Shown: positions 52,148-64,000 of the stretch, one piece after another
How positions within the stretch are numbered: position 1 is the first letter of the stretch
How the letters are laid out: the number at the start of each line of letters is the position of its first letter
Origin: Geosiphon pyriformis uo1
Lineage: Eukaryota; Fungi; Glomeromycota
DNA length: 64,000 nt
Direction: 5' to 3'
NCBI GenBank assembly: GCA_016748015.1
Contig: JAAOMT010000230.1
Span: 1-64,000, forward strand
Notes under the pieces: model-generated
Told to the model about the DNA's origin: nothing
Database searches by the model: none
Seen by the model: only the letters and a program-made list of their open reading frames with translations
Program-made: the position numbers and the translations under genes

Positions 52148-52642
52148 TAGTAACAATTATATTTTTAAATATATTTATGAGAATTTTCTTGATAACTACA
52201 GTCTAATTTAAATAAAATTTTTGTTTTTTGAGATTATTGTTTATAATAATATTGTTTTTTCTAGTCAATAAAACAGTTTTTTTTATACTTTTTTTTAAGA
52301 TAGATATAAATCTAATAAAATTTTCAAATTTTAAGAGAATAGTAATCTTTTCAAATCATTTACTTTAGAAAAAAGTTTTTTAATAATCTGTATTTTTACT
52401 ATAGCTGATTTTTTTTTAATTGTTAAAAGATTAATATCCAAAGTAAAAGATTTTTTAATAAGAACTTTAACTTAAATCTTTATTATTTTGAGGTTAATTT
52501 ACTTTTTGTTTAGAAAAATTTTAAAAAAAAAGAAGAGATTCTTTATTTTTATTTATATTATAGTTAATTAAACCAATAGAGAAATCATATTCTAAACCAG
52601 TATTAATTCTTTTAACTTTAAAAGTTATTACTACTAAGTCAA

Positions 52643-53605
52643 TATTACTCAAAAAAATTAAGAATATTATATAATTAAAGAAATAGCCAATCAAAAGTAA
52701 ACATAGCAACAGAGAAATTCCAAGATTCCTCTAAAAAAATTGCAAGATTCCAGAATCTCAAAATTTCAGAATTCTTCATAAAGAATTACATAATTCCAAA
52801 ATCCCAAAATTTCAGGATTTCACTAAAAGAATCATAGAATTTTAAAAATCTCATATAACACAAAATATATATATATAGCAGTAGTATTAAAAACAAAAAA
52901 AGTATTTAGACTGGTTCAGTTCTAGTTTAATATCCCCTTTTTTATCTATTAATTAACTTTTATTTCATAGATAGTTACTATCATCTGAAGTGAATTTATT
53001 AACAAATAAACATATTTATTATCATCTAATTCATAATATTATTGTTTAATTAAGACTTTGAATCATTTTCCAGTTATTAATACTTTATGTTAATAATATC
53101 TAATACTTAACTACACTAGAACAATAGTTTTTGATTATGGCTATTAATGGGATACTAAATTTTTTTTTTCTTTTATTTCTTTTTTTTTATTTCTTTTTTT
53201 TTATTTCTTTTATTTTATTGTTTTATTGATTTACTAACTAATTAAAAAAATTAAGCACTAAGTAATTAATGTCAAAAAAGACTGATAAAAAACCCAGAAA
53301 TAAGAGTAAACACTCAAAATTTTAAAATAGCTTATCAAAGAACCAGTCATCAAACTGAGAAAAAAATTGATAAAAAAACCTTTCAGAAAGCTATAGACAT
53401 TAAAGCATACCAACTTGAGAGTTGGAAAAAAAACTAGAAATATTACTAAAAGATATCACTATTGAATTTCTGTCTATTATACAAAAAACTTAATCAAAAC
53501 CTTTAGATACAAAAACCTTTAAAGATTACCAACATAATTTTGTTATTGAGCACCAAGTTACAGATTTGTTATTTATTTCAACTACTCAAATAATTACTTG
53601 TAAGA
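52643..53605 (+). mobile_element. Solo LTR, family-B-like, eroded
   Basis: TATTACTC start, AGCCAATC, GAATTC-type repeats, TATATATAGCAG and an end that aligns with the B LTRs. No TSD recognisable. Confidence 0.7.
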
Positions 53606-56096
53606 CTGTTTAAGCTAACTGCCACTGAAATTGCTTTGTAATTAATATCAAAAAACTTAAACACAATGTTAACTTTATGGTTAATAACTGCAGATACCAA
53701 ATTTTGGTTTATAAAAATAAAATTAATGATCTTTTTAAAGCCTTTAAAATTGCTCCAAGTAAGAGCTTTGGCCAATAAATGTTTTTTAAACAAGTTGATT
53801 AATTTTAAATCTACACAAAACCTGAAACTTGCACTTTTTTTTGAACCATTTTTATTGAAATCTCTCTTAATATTATAAAAATATTAAAGTTAAGCATTTT
53901 GGCAATAAAAGAATTGACTTCTAATATCTGGCCAAACTTAGTTTCAGCAGAAACATCAGCATACAAACCTAAAATTATAATTGACAATTTATTTTTAAAT
54001 AAAAGTCTTATTAAAATAACTTGGCCAGCAATTTTTTTTATCTTAAAAACATGTTAAGCCAGTAAATTGTTTATAATAATGACAACTCCAGCATTAAAAA
54101 AACTCTTATTCAAACCAGACATAAAAATTTGCATACTTTTAAACTTATTTATAATTTATAACTTAATATTAGACTTCAATTTTGTTTTTGTAATAATCAA
54201 AACCATATTCTCTGATTTTATCTACTAGTAAATAACATTTTTCTGCTTGGCAAAAACATTGATATTATGAATATTGCACATAGCAAATTTCCAATCCAAA
54301 TTATTCATAAAAATGAAAAAAATACTAAAAAATCCAAGCCAGTACACAATTAATCTAATCTTACTAAAACTGAATTAACAGAAACTTTCAAAGCCATTAT
54401 TTTAGATTTTAATCCACTCACCTTAGTGATTAAAACTATTGATCTACTTAAATCCAAATTCGAAACTATATCATTTATAACTAAAGAAAAATAAATAAAT
54501 AATACAAGTAAGTCATCTAAAATCATATTCAAATCCAATTTTGAATTCAAAAAAACAGGCACTGTAGAAGATAAAAATTAAGAAACAGACACCAAAGATA
54601 CCAGATCTATACTGCTTAATTTTTATATAATATTTAACACTTGATTAGCCAAAAGCTCTAAAGAGCATTTCAAAAAGGCCAAATAAGCACTAATAGATAA
54701 ATTATTTTAAGTAACTACAAGATTTTTTTTACATATGATGTATTAAAAAAAAAGAATTCAAAGCCAAAACCAAAGCAAGTTTTATTAAAAGAAGTAGCAA
54801 ATAAAACCACTTGTATTCAAGATTTGCCACCAAAAACAGTGAAATAAAAAATAGAACCACTTTTTAGTGTATAATTTAGCCAGTATTACAGATGATTATT
54901 TGGGATTTCAAAGCAAATAACAAATCCATAACTGGGTGCTCAATATCTTGACAATACTAGTGTTATGGGTACATTGGTTATATCTGAAGGTTTTAGAGTT
55001 GAATTCTTTGTATAATAAACAGAGATTTAATGATGATATTATTGGTTGTTGAGTTGTGTTCTCAATTTCTGTTTTCAGCTTGGTGGCCAGTTTATTCTGG
55101 TATTGGTGCTCTTTTGGTAAGCTATCTGTTAATATATATAATTTTACTCTTATTTCCAGGTCTTTTACCAGGCTATCTGTGATGTCAATTACTCAGTGCT
55201 TTAATCCTTAATCAGTTAGTATTCAACAATAAAAATCAAGGAAAGAAAGAAATAAAAAAAAAATAAAAAAATGAGCCAAGGCAATATGCAAGTTAGTATC
55301 TTATCAATAGTCATGATTAAGAGCTATTGTTCCAGCATGATTAAGTATCAATTACTATCAACATAAAGTGTTGATAGTGAAGAGTGGATTTGGATGGTGA
55401 CTGATTTATTTATTTAATATTTGTGGATAGAAGATTTCTAACTAAAAGATTCTGATCTTTCTACTTCTAATGCTACTGCTATATATACATAATTGATGTT
55501 CTATGAGATTGCTTACATTCTTGAGCAATGTGCTATGATTTCTTGAGCAATATTCACATTGCTGAGTAATATGCTCTCATTTTCTAATATTGCTCCATAT
55601 TGCTAAACAATATGCTGTGTTTTCTAATATTGCTCCACATTGCTAAGCAATGTGCCATGATTTCTATCATTGCTCTATATTGCTGAACAATGTGCTCACA
55701 TGCTATATTCTATTCGCTTATTGGTCTACTATTTTCCTATATCTGTTTTCTTTTTATAAGTAACACCAGCTAAAGACAATTTTTTTTTAATGTAATCTTT
55801 TTATATATATTTTTAAAGAACAAGACATAAATATTTGATACATTATATTTCAAAGCTGAATGTTCGAAATGCCCATATTTTTTACAATAAACCAAATCTA
55901 TTTTAGTCCAAGAGAGCTTAATATCATTCAGAATAGACTTTATATAAAAAGCTAATTCCAATTTTTCTTTTGAATTAAAACTAACTATTGCACAGCAAAT
56001 TTTATTGCCATTCTTAAATAATTAATTGATGATATATGTTTTTTCACCAGTTTTTTCAACAAGAGTACTAAAATTATGAGCAGTTGTTTTTACTGG
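53606..56096 (-). mobile_element. Eroded LINE: ORF1 (CCHC) plus APE endonuclease start of ORF2, split by a solo LTR
   Basis: LSWTKIDLVYCKKYGHFEHSALKY (from C..CG.FGH....C). Endonuclease N...AKQ...IITKTKL...SGLNKSFFNAGVVII...LGLYA at about 53.9-54.3 kb. Confidence 0.7.
54961..55765 (-). mobile_element. Solo LTR (B-related family) with 4-bp TSD and an internal tandem repeat
   Basis: TGTTAT...GTAACA termini; CTAG/CCAG flanks; repeated ATTGCTCCACATTGCTRAGCAATRTGC units at about 55510-55700. Confidence 0.85.
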
Positions 56097-59000
56097 TATT
56101 ACAGGTGATTATTTTTGCTGTTGAATTGAATAACAAACCTGTAACTTGGTGCTCAAAAGCTATTTCCATTGATGATGTTCTAGAAGAGTTGTATCTGAAG
56201 GTTTTGGTGGAGTTTTTTGTATAATGGACAGAGATTCAGTAATGGTTTTATCCATAGCTTCCTAGACTTACAAGTCTGTCAATTTTTTTCTCAGCTTAGT
56301 GGCCAGCAATCCTCTGGTAAGTATTCTGTATCTACTATATGTGGCCTACCCTCTCACAGGAGTCTTTTACCAGACAATCCTTGACGTTAGTAATCAGTGC
56401 TTTTAATCAATTAGTTAGTGCACAATAACAAATCACAGCAAATAAAGAAAAATAAAGAAATCTAAAGAAATAAGCCAAGGCAATTTGCAGATTTAGTATT
56501 CCATCAATAGCTGTAATCAAGAACTATTGTTTCAGTGTGGTTAGGTATCAATTATTATCAACATGAAGTGTTGATAGTGGAGAGCGAATTGAGATATGAA
56601 ATAATTATTTATTTGAGGATTTGGTTTTTAGGCTAAGGATTCTGTGGTATTGATTCTGTCTTTTCTGTTTCTAACACTACTACTATATATACATAATTGA
56701 AATTCCTCAATTCCTCAATTCTTCACGACAGGAATCCTGGAATTTCTGGAATCCTGCAATTTTTTTGAGAGGAATCCTGAAATTCCTGGAATCTTGCAAT
56801 TCCTGAAAAGAATCCTGGAATTTCACCTTTACTATGCCTACTTCTGATTGGCTAATAATCATGCTAATATATTTCCTATATTTTTATGAGTAACATTATT
56901 CCCTCTTTTTTAATATTGAGCTCCATCGAAATCTAACTCATTTAATTCTCCCTCTTGAAGTATTTCCTGGATTTCATTTTTGAGAATTACTTGTGTTATT
57001 TGGGTCTGTAATTCTTCAAATTGAGCATTGGTGATTTTTCCCAATTATTCTGGTTTTCTTAGCTGAGCTTAGCTATTGCTTCACACAATGTTCTGTTGAA
57101 TCTTTTCACTAATCTGTTGGTTTGTGGATGGTATGGTGATGATAATGGTCTCTTGATTCCGAATCTTTGGCTCAATTCTGTTAATGTTCTGTTTACAAAA
57201 TGAGTTTCTTGGTCTGATAATAATTCTTTTGGACATTTATGTCGACAAATTAAATCCTGATGAATGAATTTGGCAACGGATTCTGCATCCGCTCTTTGAA
57301 TTGCTTTTGTCTCTGGCTATTTAGTGAGATAGTCTATAGCTACTGCTATGTATCTGTTTCTTCTGCTGGTGATTGTTAATGGTCCAACCAGATCAATTCT
57401 AATACGGTCAAATGGTTGTCTCACTTTGATTGGTCTTAATGGCTCACTGGGTCTTGTTCCTCCTCTTTGCTAACAAGCATCACAACTTTGAACATATTGA
57501 ATGATGTCTGGATACATTGATGGCCAATAGTATCTCTTTCTGGTTCTTTCTATGATTGCTTCTTTGTGAAAATGTCCTGCTGTTGAATTTGAGTGCATGT
57601 TAAATAGTATTGTCTCTTTTTCTGGCTTTGTAATTACTCTGGTTGATTGATCTGAATCCCTTCTATTTTTCTGATAAAGTATATTTTAGTGAGTGATAAA
57701 ATATTTTGACTGTTGTTTGATACTTTTTTGTTCTGTTTGAGATAAATTCTCCTTAAACTGTTGAGTGTTTATATAATGTTGTAATTGTTGATATTTTTGT
57801 ATGTTCATTTTTGTTGTATTTTTTCATTGGTATTATTCTGGTTTTGTTATATTTTTGGGTTGAAATGTCCTTAGATTTGTCTTATTTACGATAAACCATC
57901 CACATTTCCATTGTCTTTTCTTTTTTTATAATGTATAGTATAATTATATGGTGCGAATGCCATTTTCCATCTTAACTGTCTTCCATCTTCAAATTCTTGT
58001 TTTTAAAGTGATGTTAATCCTTTGTGATCTGTGTACACTTCAAACTTCTGGCTCAAGTATTCTTTCCATTTCATGACTGCCCAGTATATTGCTAAGTGTT
58101 CTTGTTCTGGTGTTCCATAGTTCTTTTCGGCTGGTGTTAAACCTCTGCTGGCATACGCTATTGGATGTTTTCTGTCATCTGGTTCTTTCTGTGATAGTAC
58201 CACTTCTAATGCTTGGCCAAATGCATCAGTGGTGATAATGAATGGTTTGCTGTGATCTGGATAGATCAATACTAGAGCTTAAATGAGCTTTCTTTTCAAA
58301 ATATCAAAAGCTTCTTGTTGACTTTCTGTCCATTCATATTTTGTATTCTTGGTTTGCAGTTGGTTGAGTGGCTGCACTATCTTGGAAAAGTTCTTGATAA
58401 AACATTGATAGTAGTTGGCAAATTCCAAGAATAATTTCAGTTTTGTCATATTGGTCAGCACTGGAAAGTTCTTTACTATCTCTATTTTCTCTGGATCTGT
58501 TTTGATGCCNNNNNNNNNNNNNNNNNNNNGATAGTACCACTTCTAATGCTTGGCCAAATGCATCAGTGGTGATAATGAATGGTTTGCTGTGATCTGGATA
58601 GATCAATACTAGAGCTTAAATGAGCTTTCTTTTCAAAATATCAAAAGCTTCTTGTTGACTTTCTGTCCATTCATATTTTGTATTCTTGGTTTGCAGTTGG
58701 TTGAGTGGCTGCACTATCTTGGAAAAGTTCTTGATAAAACATTGATAGTAGTTGGCAAATTCCAAGAATAATTTCAGTTTTGTCATATTGGTCAGCACTG
58801 GAAAGTTCTTTACTATCTCTATTTTCTCTGGATCTGTTTTGATGCCATCTTTGCTGACTATGTGTCCCAAGAATTTTAGTTCTGTCTTGCCAAAGAAGCA
58901 CTTTGTTGTATTTAACTTTAGCCCTGCTCTTCTTAGTCTTTCGAACACCTGTTGAAGATGATAAAGATGATCATCAAATGTTTTTGAAAATATGTTGGTG

Positions 59001-62000
59001 TCATCCAAGTATACAACTACTGATTTCCACAATAAACCAGTATAGACAATTTCCATTACTCATTGGAAAGTTGCTGGGGCATTGGTTAAGCCAAATGGCA
59101 TCACTTTAAATTCGAAATTCCCTTCTCTAGTAGTGAATGCTGTCTTTTTTTTATCTGCTGGATCCATGGCTACTTGCCAGTAACCATTGTCCAAATCTAA
59201 TGTTGAGAATCATTTGTTCCCACTGAAAGTGTTGAATAATTTCTGTATTCGTGGAGTTGAATAACTGTCTCCATGAGTTACATCATTGAGTTTCTTGTAG
59301 TCTACACAAAACCAGATTTTTCCATTCTTCTTATAGATGAGTACCACTGGTGACGACCATGGGCTCATTGATGGTTGAATTAGCCCATTGTCAAGCATTC
59401 TGTTTATCTCTTGACAAATGATCTCGTGGCTGGCTGGTGGTACTCTGTATGCTCTTTGTTTGATTGGCATTGCATCTCTAGTCTTGATCTAATGCTGAAT
59501 AATGTCAGTTCAGCCAAACTCATTTTCGCTGGCAAAAATGTCATTGAAATTGTTGAGCAATATCTTGAGCTGCATACGTTGTAGTGGGTCTAGATTTCCT
59601 ATGTTCATTTGTTTTAATTGTTCTGGTTGGAGCAAATAATATTCGTCTCATCTATAGATTGTTTGTGATGTAATGTCAACATATCCACAAAGTTGTGGAA
59701 AGTCTGGAATGGGGTTTGGTGGTTGGTCTTCTATTTCTGTGGTTAAATATCCAATGGTGGTTCCTTCTGGCATGTTGATAACATTGCCAGTGTTGTTGTA
59801 GATGGGAATTTTTATGCGGCTATAGCTTTTGGCTGGTATGTAGAGATTGATCAGTCCAATCTCTTCTGATTCACAATCTGTTCTTGCTTCTTTTTCTTCC
59901 TTTCTATTGCTAGCATGTATTGGCTATATAGTGGAATAGAAATAGCTTGACTGGTTGAAATAATTTCTTTTTGGCCAACAATTTCTTTCTCTGCCATATT
60001 AATTGGTACATTTATTCTACTCATTAATCCAAATCCTTGTATCCCTCTTGCTGTTATCTCTAATTCCTTTCTATTTCCCACTGATACTAATTGCACTATT
60101 TTCACCAGAGGCAGGAATATTGCCTGTGCTATCTTTTTGTTTGGCTCTATGATATAAGCCTTTTCAGAGTTGTTTTGTAGCATAGCAATAATATTTCCTA
60201 TGTATCCTATGTCAATTATTCCTCCTCTGATGTTTATTTCCCTTTTTGCTAAACTACTCCTAGATGCTAGTTAAACCATTGTTGTTGCTGGAATTTCTAA
60301 AGCTACTTTCAGATCAATGCAAGTGCGTGAATGTGGTTCCAATTTGATGGCATTTTTTCCTGGATATTTTAGATCAAATCCTGCATCAGTATTGTGCATG
60401 TGTTCTGGCATGCTACCTTCATTATTATCACTGAACCATTTCAGTTCTTGTTCTTTGGTGAGGTTAGGAAGCATGATATATTGTTCATAGTTTGAGTCGG
60501 AGTTTGAATCTGAGTTGATATTGTTATCATTGTCATTGCCATTTTGAACAGAGCTGGAACCATTATTCTTGTCATTGTTATTGTCGGGGTTTGAATTGGA
60601 ATTGAAAATCGATTCTGATTCTGATGCACATCTGCTGATTGGTTCTTTCTTTTCAGAGATTGTATAGATCACGTGTAGTGGTAGATTGTAAATGAGGTCA
60701 CACTCATCACAATACTGAAAGTCACAGGAAATTAGGCAGTGTTGACATAATCGAGCATTCAACTGCTCTAACCATTGTTCTTGTTCTTCTCTTGTGGGTG
60801 CTAATTCTTGGTAGTGTTCATGGAATTGTTCTGAATCCAGGAGATTTATGATGGGTTCTGCATCCTAGTCAAGCTCTAAAGGTTCTGGGGGGTTGTTTTT
60901 GATCACTTTTATTTCCTCAGGTGATGCCCTTTCGATTTTGGCGAGTGCCATTTGCCAAATTTTGTCATTGTCATGTGGACAACTGTCCAGTCGCTGCACG
61001 GTTCTTCTCCAGGCTGCTTCTATTGGGGTTTTTTTCCTTATCCAGTCACTTATTAGAATTGTGTATTAACACAATATGTCGCACGTTCCTCCACATCCTG
61101 GAATGTTATTCTACATCCCTTCATTCAGGAGAGTTTTTCCACAGGCTATACATGGTGTATTATCCTATTTTTCCACTCATTTTGGTCTTCCAAAATGTTT
61201 GATATGGCATGCGCAGCAATAGAACTTGGTTGCCGTCTGATATTCTTCATCATTACTACAGCATGCGCTTATTGATGACAATTTCTTGCCACAATCAATG
61301 CATATCAGTTTGGGTCGGTGATAGGTTGATGGTTGTTGTTGACCGTAGGTGTATGGGATATAAGTGTTGCTGGCTTGAGTGTTTTCTTCCTCCCTTTCTT
61401 TCCCTTTTCCCTTTTTTCTTTTGTTTTCTCTCCATTCTCAGCTTGAAGTCAGTTCATTCTTGTCATTGTTGGTCCATGTCAAGTTATTGGTTTCCCAGAT
61501 GAGTTCTTCCTTTTGTTTCCCTTTTTTATTGTCATTGTTGTCCCAGAGGAGTATTGGTGGCAGTTTGTTGTGTTTTTCATCAGCCCATGACACTTGGTAG
61601 GCTTCCCAGGTAGGTTTCTCTTTCTCTTCCTCCAGTTTGATCAATAGTTTCTTTCTTGGAGGAGTCTTAAAGTGGCCATACGTGGCTGGTACACATATGT
61701 GTTGGTCCTAATATGTTAACTGGAGTTCCTGGGTATTTCAGTCTAATGTCACATTGACTTTGAATAGCCAGTCATTACCAATAAGAGCTTGATATTGAGT
61801 GGCTTCCATCACTAGAACTTTAATGGGAGTGATGATGCTGTTGACTTCAAATAGAAAGTCATCTATCTTGCCAATTGGGGTTTTAGTCACTCCATTTGCA
61901 GTAATTATATGAGCACTAGTAGTCTGATCAACTTAGTGACCTAATTGGTCCATGAATTGTCACATGATGATGCTGTCTGCTGAACCACTATTAAGAATTA

Positions 62001-63096
62001 GTTTGATTGGATGTCCATCTACTTTCGCATCAGTGTACATCACTGTGATGAGTTTCTTCTCGAGGGTGGCTCCACTGAATAATGGTAATTGGGATGGTTC
62101 TTCTAGTTCAAAAGGAAAGATGGCTGCTAATGATTTGTCATTAGTGACCATTGCTAGTGGGATGTTGTTGGTAAGTATTGTCTGTTGGTCTAATTCCAAG
62201 TTGCTGGATGTGGCGTCTTTTGGAGTAACCAGGAGACTTAAATAGTTTTGGAAATTCGGGTGTTGAGTGGTGCTGGTACCCAAATTCTGAGAACGGGATT
62301 CTAAGCTTTGGTAAGAAGAACTGGGGATCAGTTAATAAACAACTATCGCCAATCTCCAATTTTAAGCAATTCTGGGTTTCGGATTTCCTGATGTTATCAT
62401 AGCTGAGTTTTGAAGTGGTGTTTGAATTGATGGTTGAGGCTGATAAATTATTTGGGGCTGTGGCTGATAAATTACTGAGGGCTGCTGTTGATAAATTGCC
62501 GGTGGCTGTGGTTGATAAACTGGAGTTTGATACACTGACAGTTGGTAGATTGGTTGCTGTGTCATTGGCAGGTAAGTATTTTAATATTGGTCTTGATCAT
62601 GATTTGAATAATGATTTGGAGTTTGGAACTGGCAATCAGGGTTTCTGTATTGATTTCCCGATCATTGGTTGTTATAAGTATGGCAATTAACTCAAATATG
62701 GCCTTGTTTACCACAGTTGTGGCAGACATGCGTTTCTGGCTGCCATGTCAGACTAGGTGCTATCAAGGATGATAGACGTAATTGATTTTGGCTACAATTG
62801 GAGTTCCCTTAATTATTGCATCATTGTGGAAACTGATAAATGGCATGATTGTCAGCTAAGTATCTTTCTAATTTCTTATTAATTGATTTACTAAACTTCT
62901 CCAATTTGGAATCCAATTCAGATGATCTATTTATTACTAGGTTAATGACTTGGGCATGGTTGGCTTCTGACTCAATGGATTCAAAATCTCTGGCATGTGT
63001 AACTGTGTCTTGAAGGGTGCCAGAATGCAACGGACGTACATGTTGTAAAATGCTGCTGCACAGGCCATGGATAAACTAATTGAGTATCTGTGGCGC
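56097..63096 (-). mobile_element. Family-B Ty3/gypsy element B2 (3' LTR 56097-56895), internally deleted, gag interrupted at 63097
   Basis: PPT AAAAAGAGGGAATAA; accessory-ORF tail; integrase with its own ATG at 57808; RNase H; RT (YLDD); dUTPase; Cys clusters; PR (LILNSGS); CHNCGKQGH knuckle. About 1.1 kb is missing at about 57048 relative to B1. Confidence 0.9.
60020..60400 (-). pseudogene. dUTPase domain of B2
   Basis: AGFDL, LASRSS, GGIIDIGYIG, KKIAQ, RGIQGFG; a single Q>stop at about 60271. Confidence 0.92.
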
Positions 63097-64000
63097 TGTT
63101 ACAGTTTAAGAATTTAGAAAAAAGAATCATAAAAATAATACAAACTATTCAATCATAATATAGCACAATAATAATCTTAAAAAGGTAATAATTAACATAG
63201 TAGCAAACACCATCTCGCGATAGTGGCAAGCACCAGTTCACAATAGCAGCCAACACCAACTGGTGATAGCAGCAAACACCAGGTTGAAATATCAAAAAGA
63301 AAGTATTTTCTCGTAGAACTACAAACATGTATATATACAGTAGTTTTAATATTGGGAAATAATCAATCAAGTAATAAAAATCATAACTTATCAAGCAATA
63401 GATCCAATTTTATCCAACAAACTCCACTTTAAATCATACTTTCAAATTAAATATCCCAAGAAATCTTTAAAATCAAAAANNNNNNNNNNNNNNNNNNNNA
63501 AAGTATTAAGAAACTTACTTGTATTATTTATTGAATGAAACTATTATTCATCAACTGAATCCCTTGGAAGAATAATCCTTGATCAAGATTATTCACGTTG
63601 TTACTAATTGATAAAAGCTTTATTGTGAGAATTAGAAAAGTGCTAAAGACCATTAACATTCTGTGTTTCTAGATTAGAGAAACACATCAGGCAATTGCAA
63701 GGATAGCCTCAGAGAAGACCCCAGACAGTGAGTAGATTTCAGTTCAGCCTCTAAGAAGGAGTACATAAACACACACAACAATCAAGAATTAAAGAATAAC
63801 TTACATCACAACAGAAAAAAAGAAAGCCTTCAGTATAACAGTGACATTATCACACAAATAGAACTGAGGAATTCACGAAAGACTGATTGCAATTAAAGCA
63901 GAATATCAGCAATTAAATATAACAAGAAAACCATTCCGTAACATTTGGTGAACCCTATGAAGAAAGAAAATCAAAAAGGAAATAATAATTAGCAATAATT
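63097..64000 (+). mobile_element. 5' LTR (63097-63943) and PBS of a further LTR family inserted into B2 gag; continues past the window
   Basis: TGTTAC...GTAACA followed by TT and TGGTGAACCCTATG. B2 gag stops abruptly at GCGC|TG. Confidence 0.8.

Larger units (their letters stand above)
50886..52642 (-). mobile_element. Strongly eroded LINE fragment (ORF1-like), interrupted by the Tc1 mini-element
   Basis: KAGKKTYII...TGNRICYTVVGFESDKNL matches the ORF1 segment of the LINE at about 55.8-56.1 kb. Begins TTTATTAAGTT, like the 3' end of the LINE at 29.2 kb. Confidence 0.55.

Noticed and set aside
55510-55700. Regularly spaced repeats in LTRs as a possible CRISPR-like array
   Set aside because: Head-to-tail degenerate units without unique spacers, inside eukaryotic LTRs.
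58193-58846. Exact duplication of about 317 bp of RT/RNase H either side of a 20-N gap
   Set aside because: Identical copies flanking a scaffold gap indicate an unmerged contig overlap, not biology.

Overview
Eukaryotic fungal DNA. The intron style and transposon families suggest a glomeromycotan genome, most like Geosiphon; this is inferred from recognition, not from a search. The window has two sharply different parts. Part 1 (about 1-22.5 kb) is a gene block with normal CpG content and many microsatellites: SKP1, tRNA-Gly(CCC), a SNAPC4-like Myb gene, an ERT1/AcuK Zn2Cys6-PAS factor, HAUS1, an uncharacterised SAM methyltransferase and an Hfl1/TMEM184 protein. Part 2 (about 25.5-64 kb) is a deeply nested transposon pile of Ty3/gypsy-type LTR elements from several families, LINEs, solo LTRs and one young Tc1/mariner mini-element. 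The older copies are eroded almost only by C>T/G>A transitions. The most interesting system is the LTR-element architecture. In four copies from three families, RNase H is followed by a stop at the same position and integrase begins as a separate ORF. A conserved non-env accessory ORF follows and runs up to or through the PPT. One family joins gag and pol with a U_UUA_AAC -1 frameshift. Another has Cys-rich modules plus a complete dUTPase between protease and RT. The LTR insertions with both flanks readable show 4-bp TSDs, with one solo LTR showing none.
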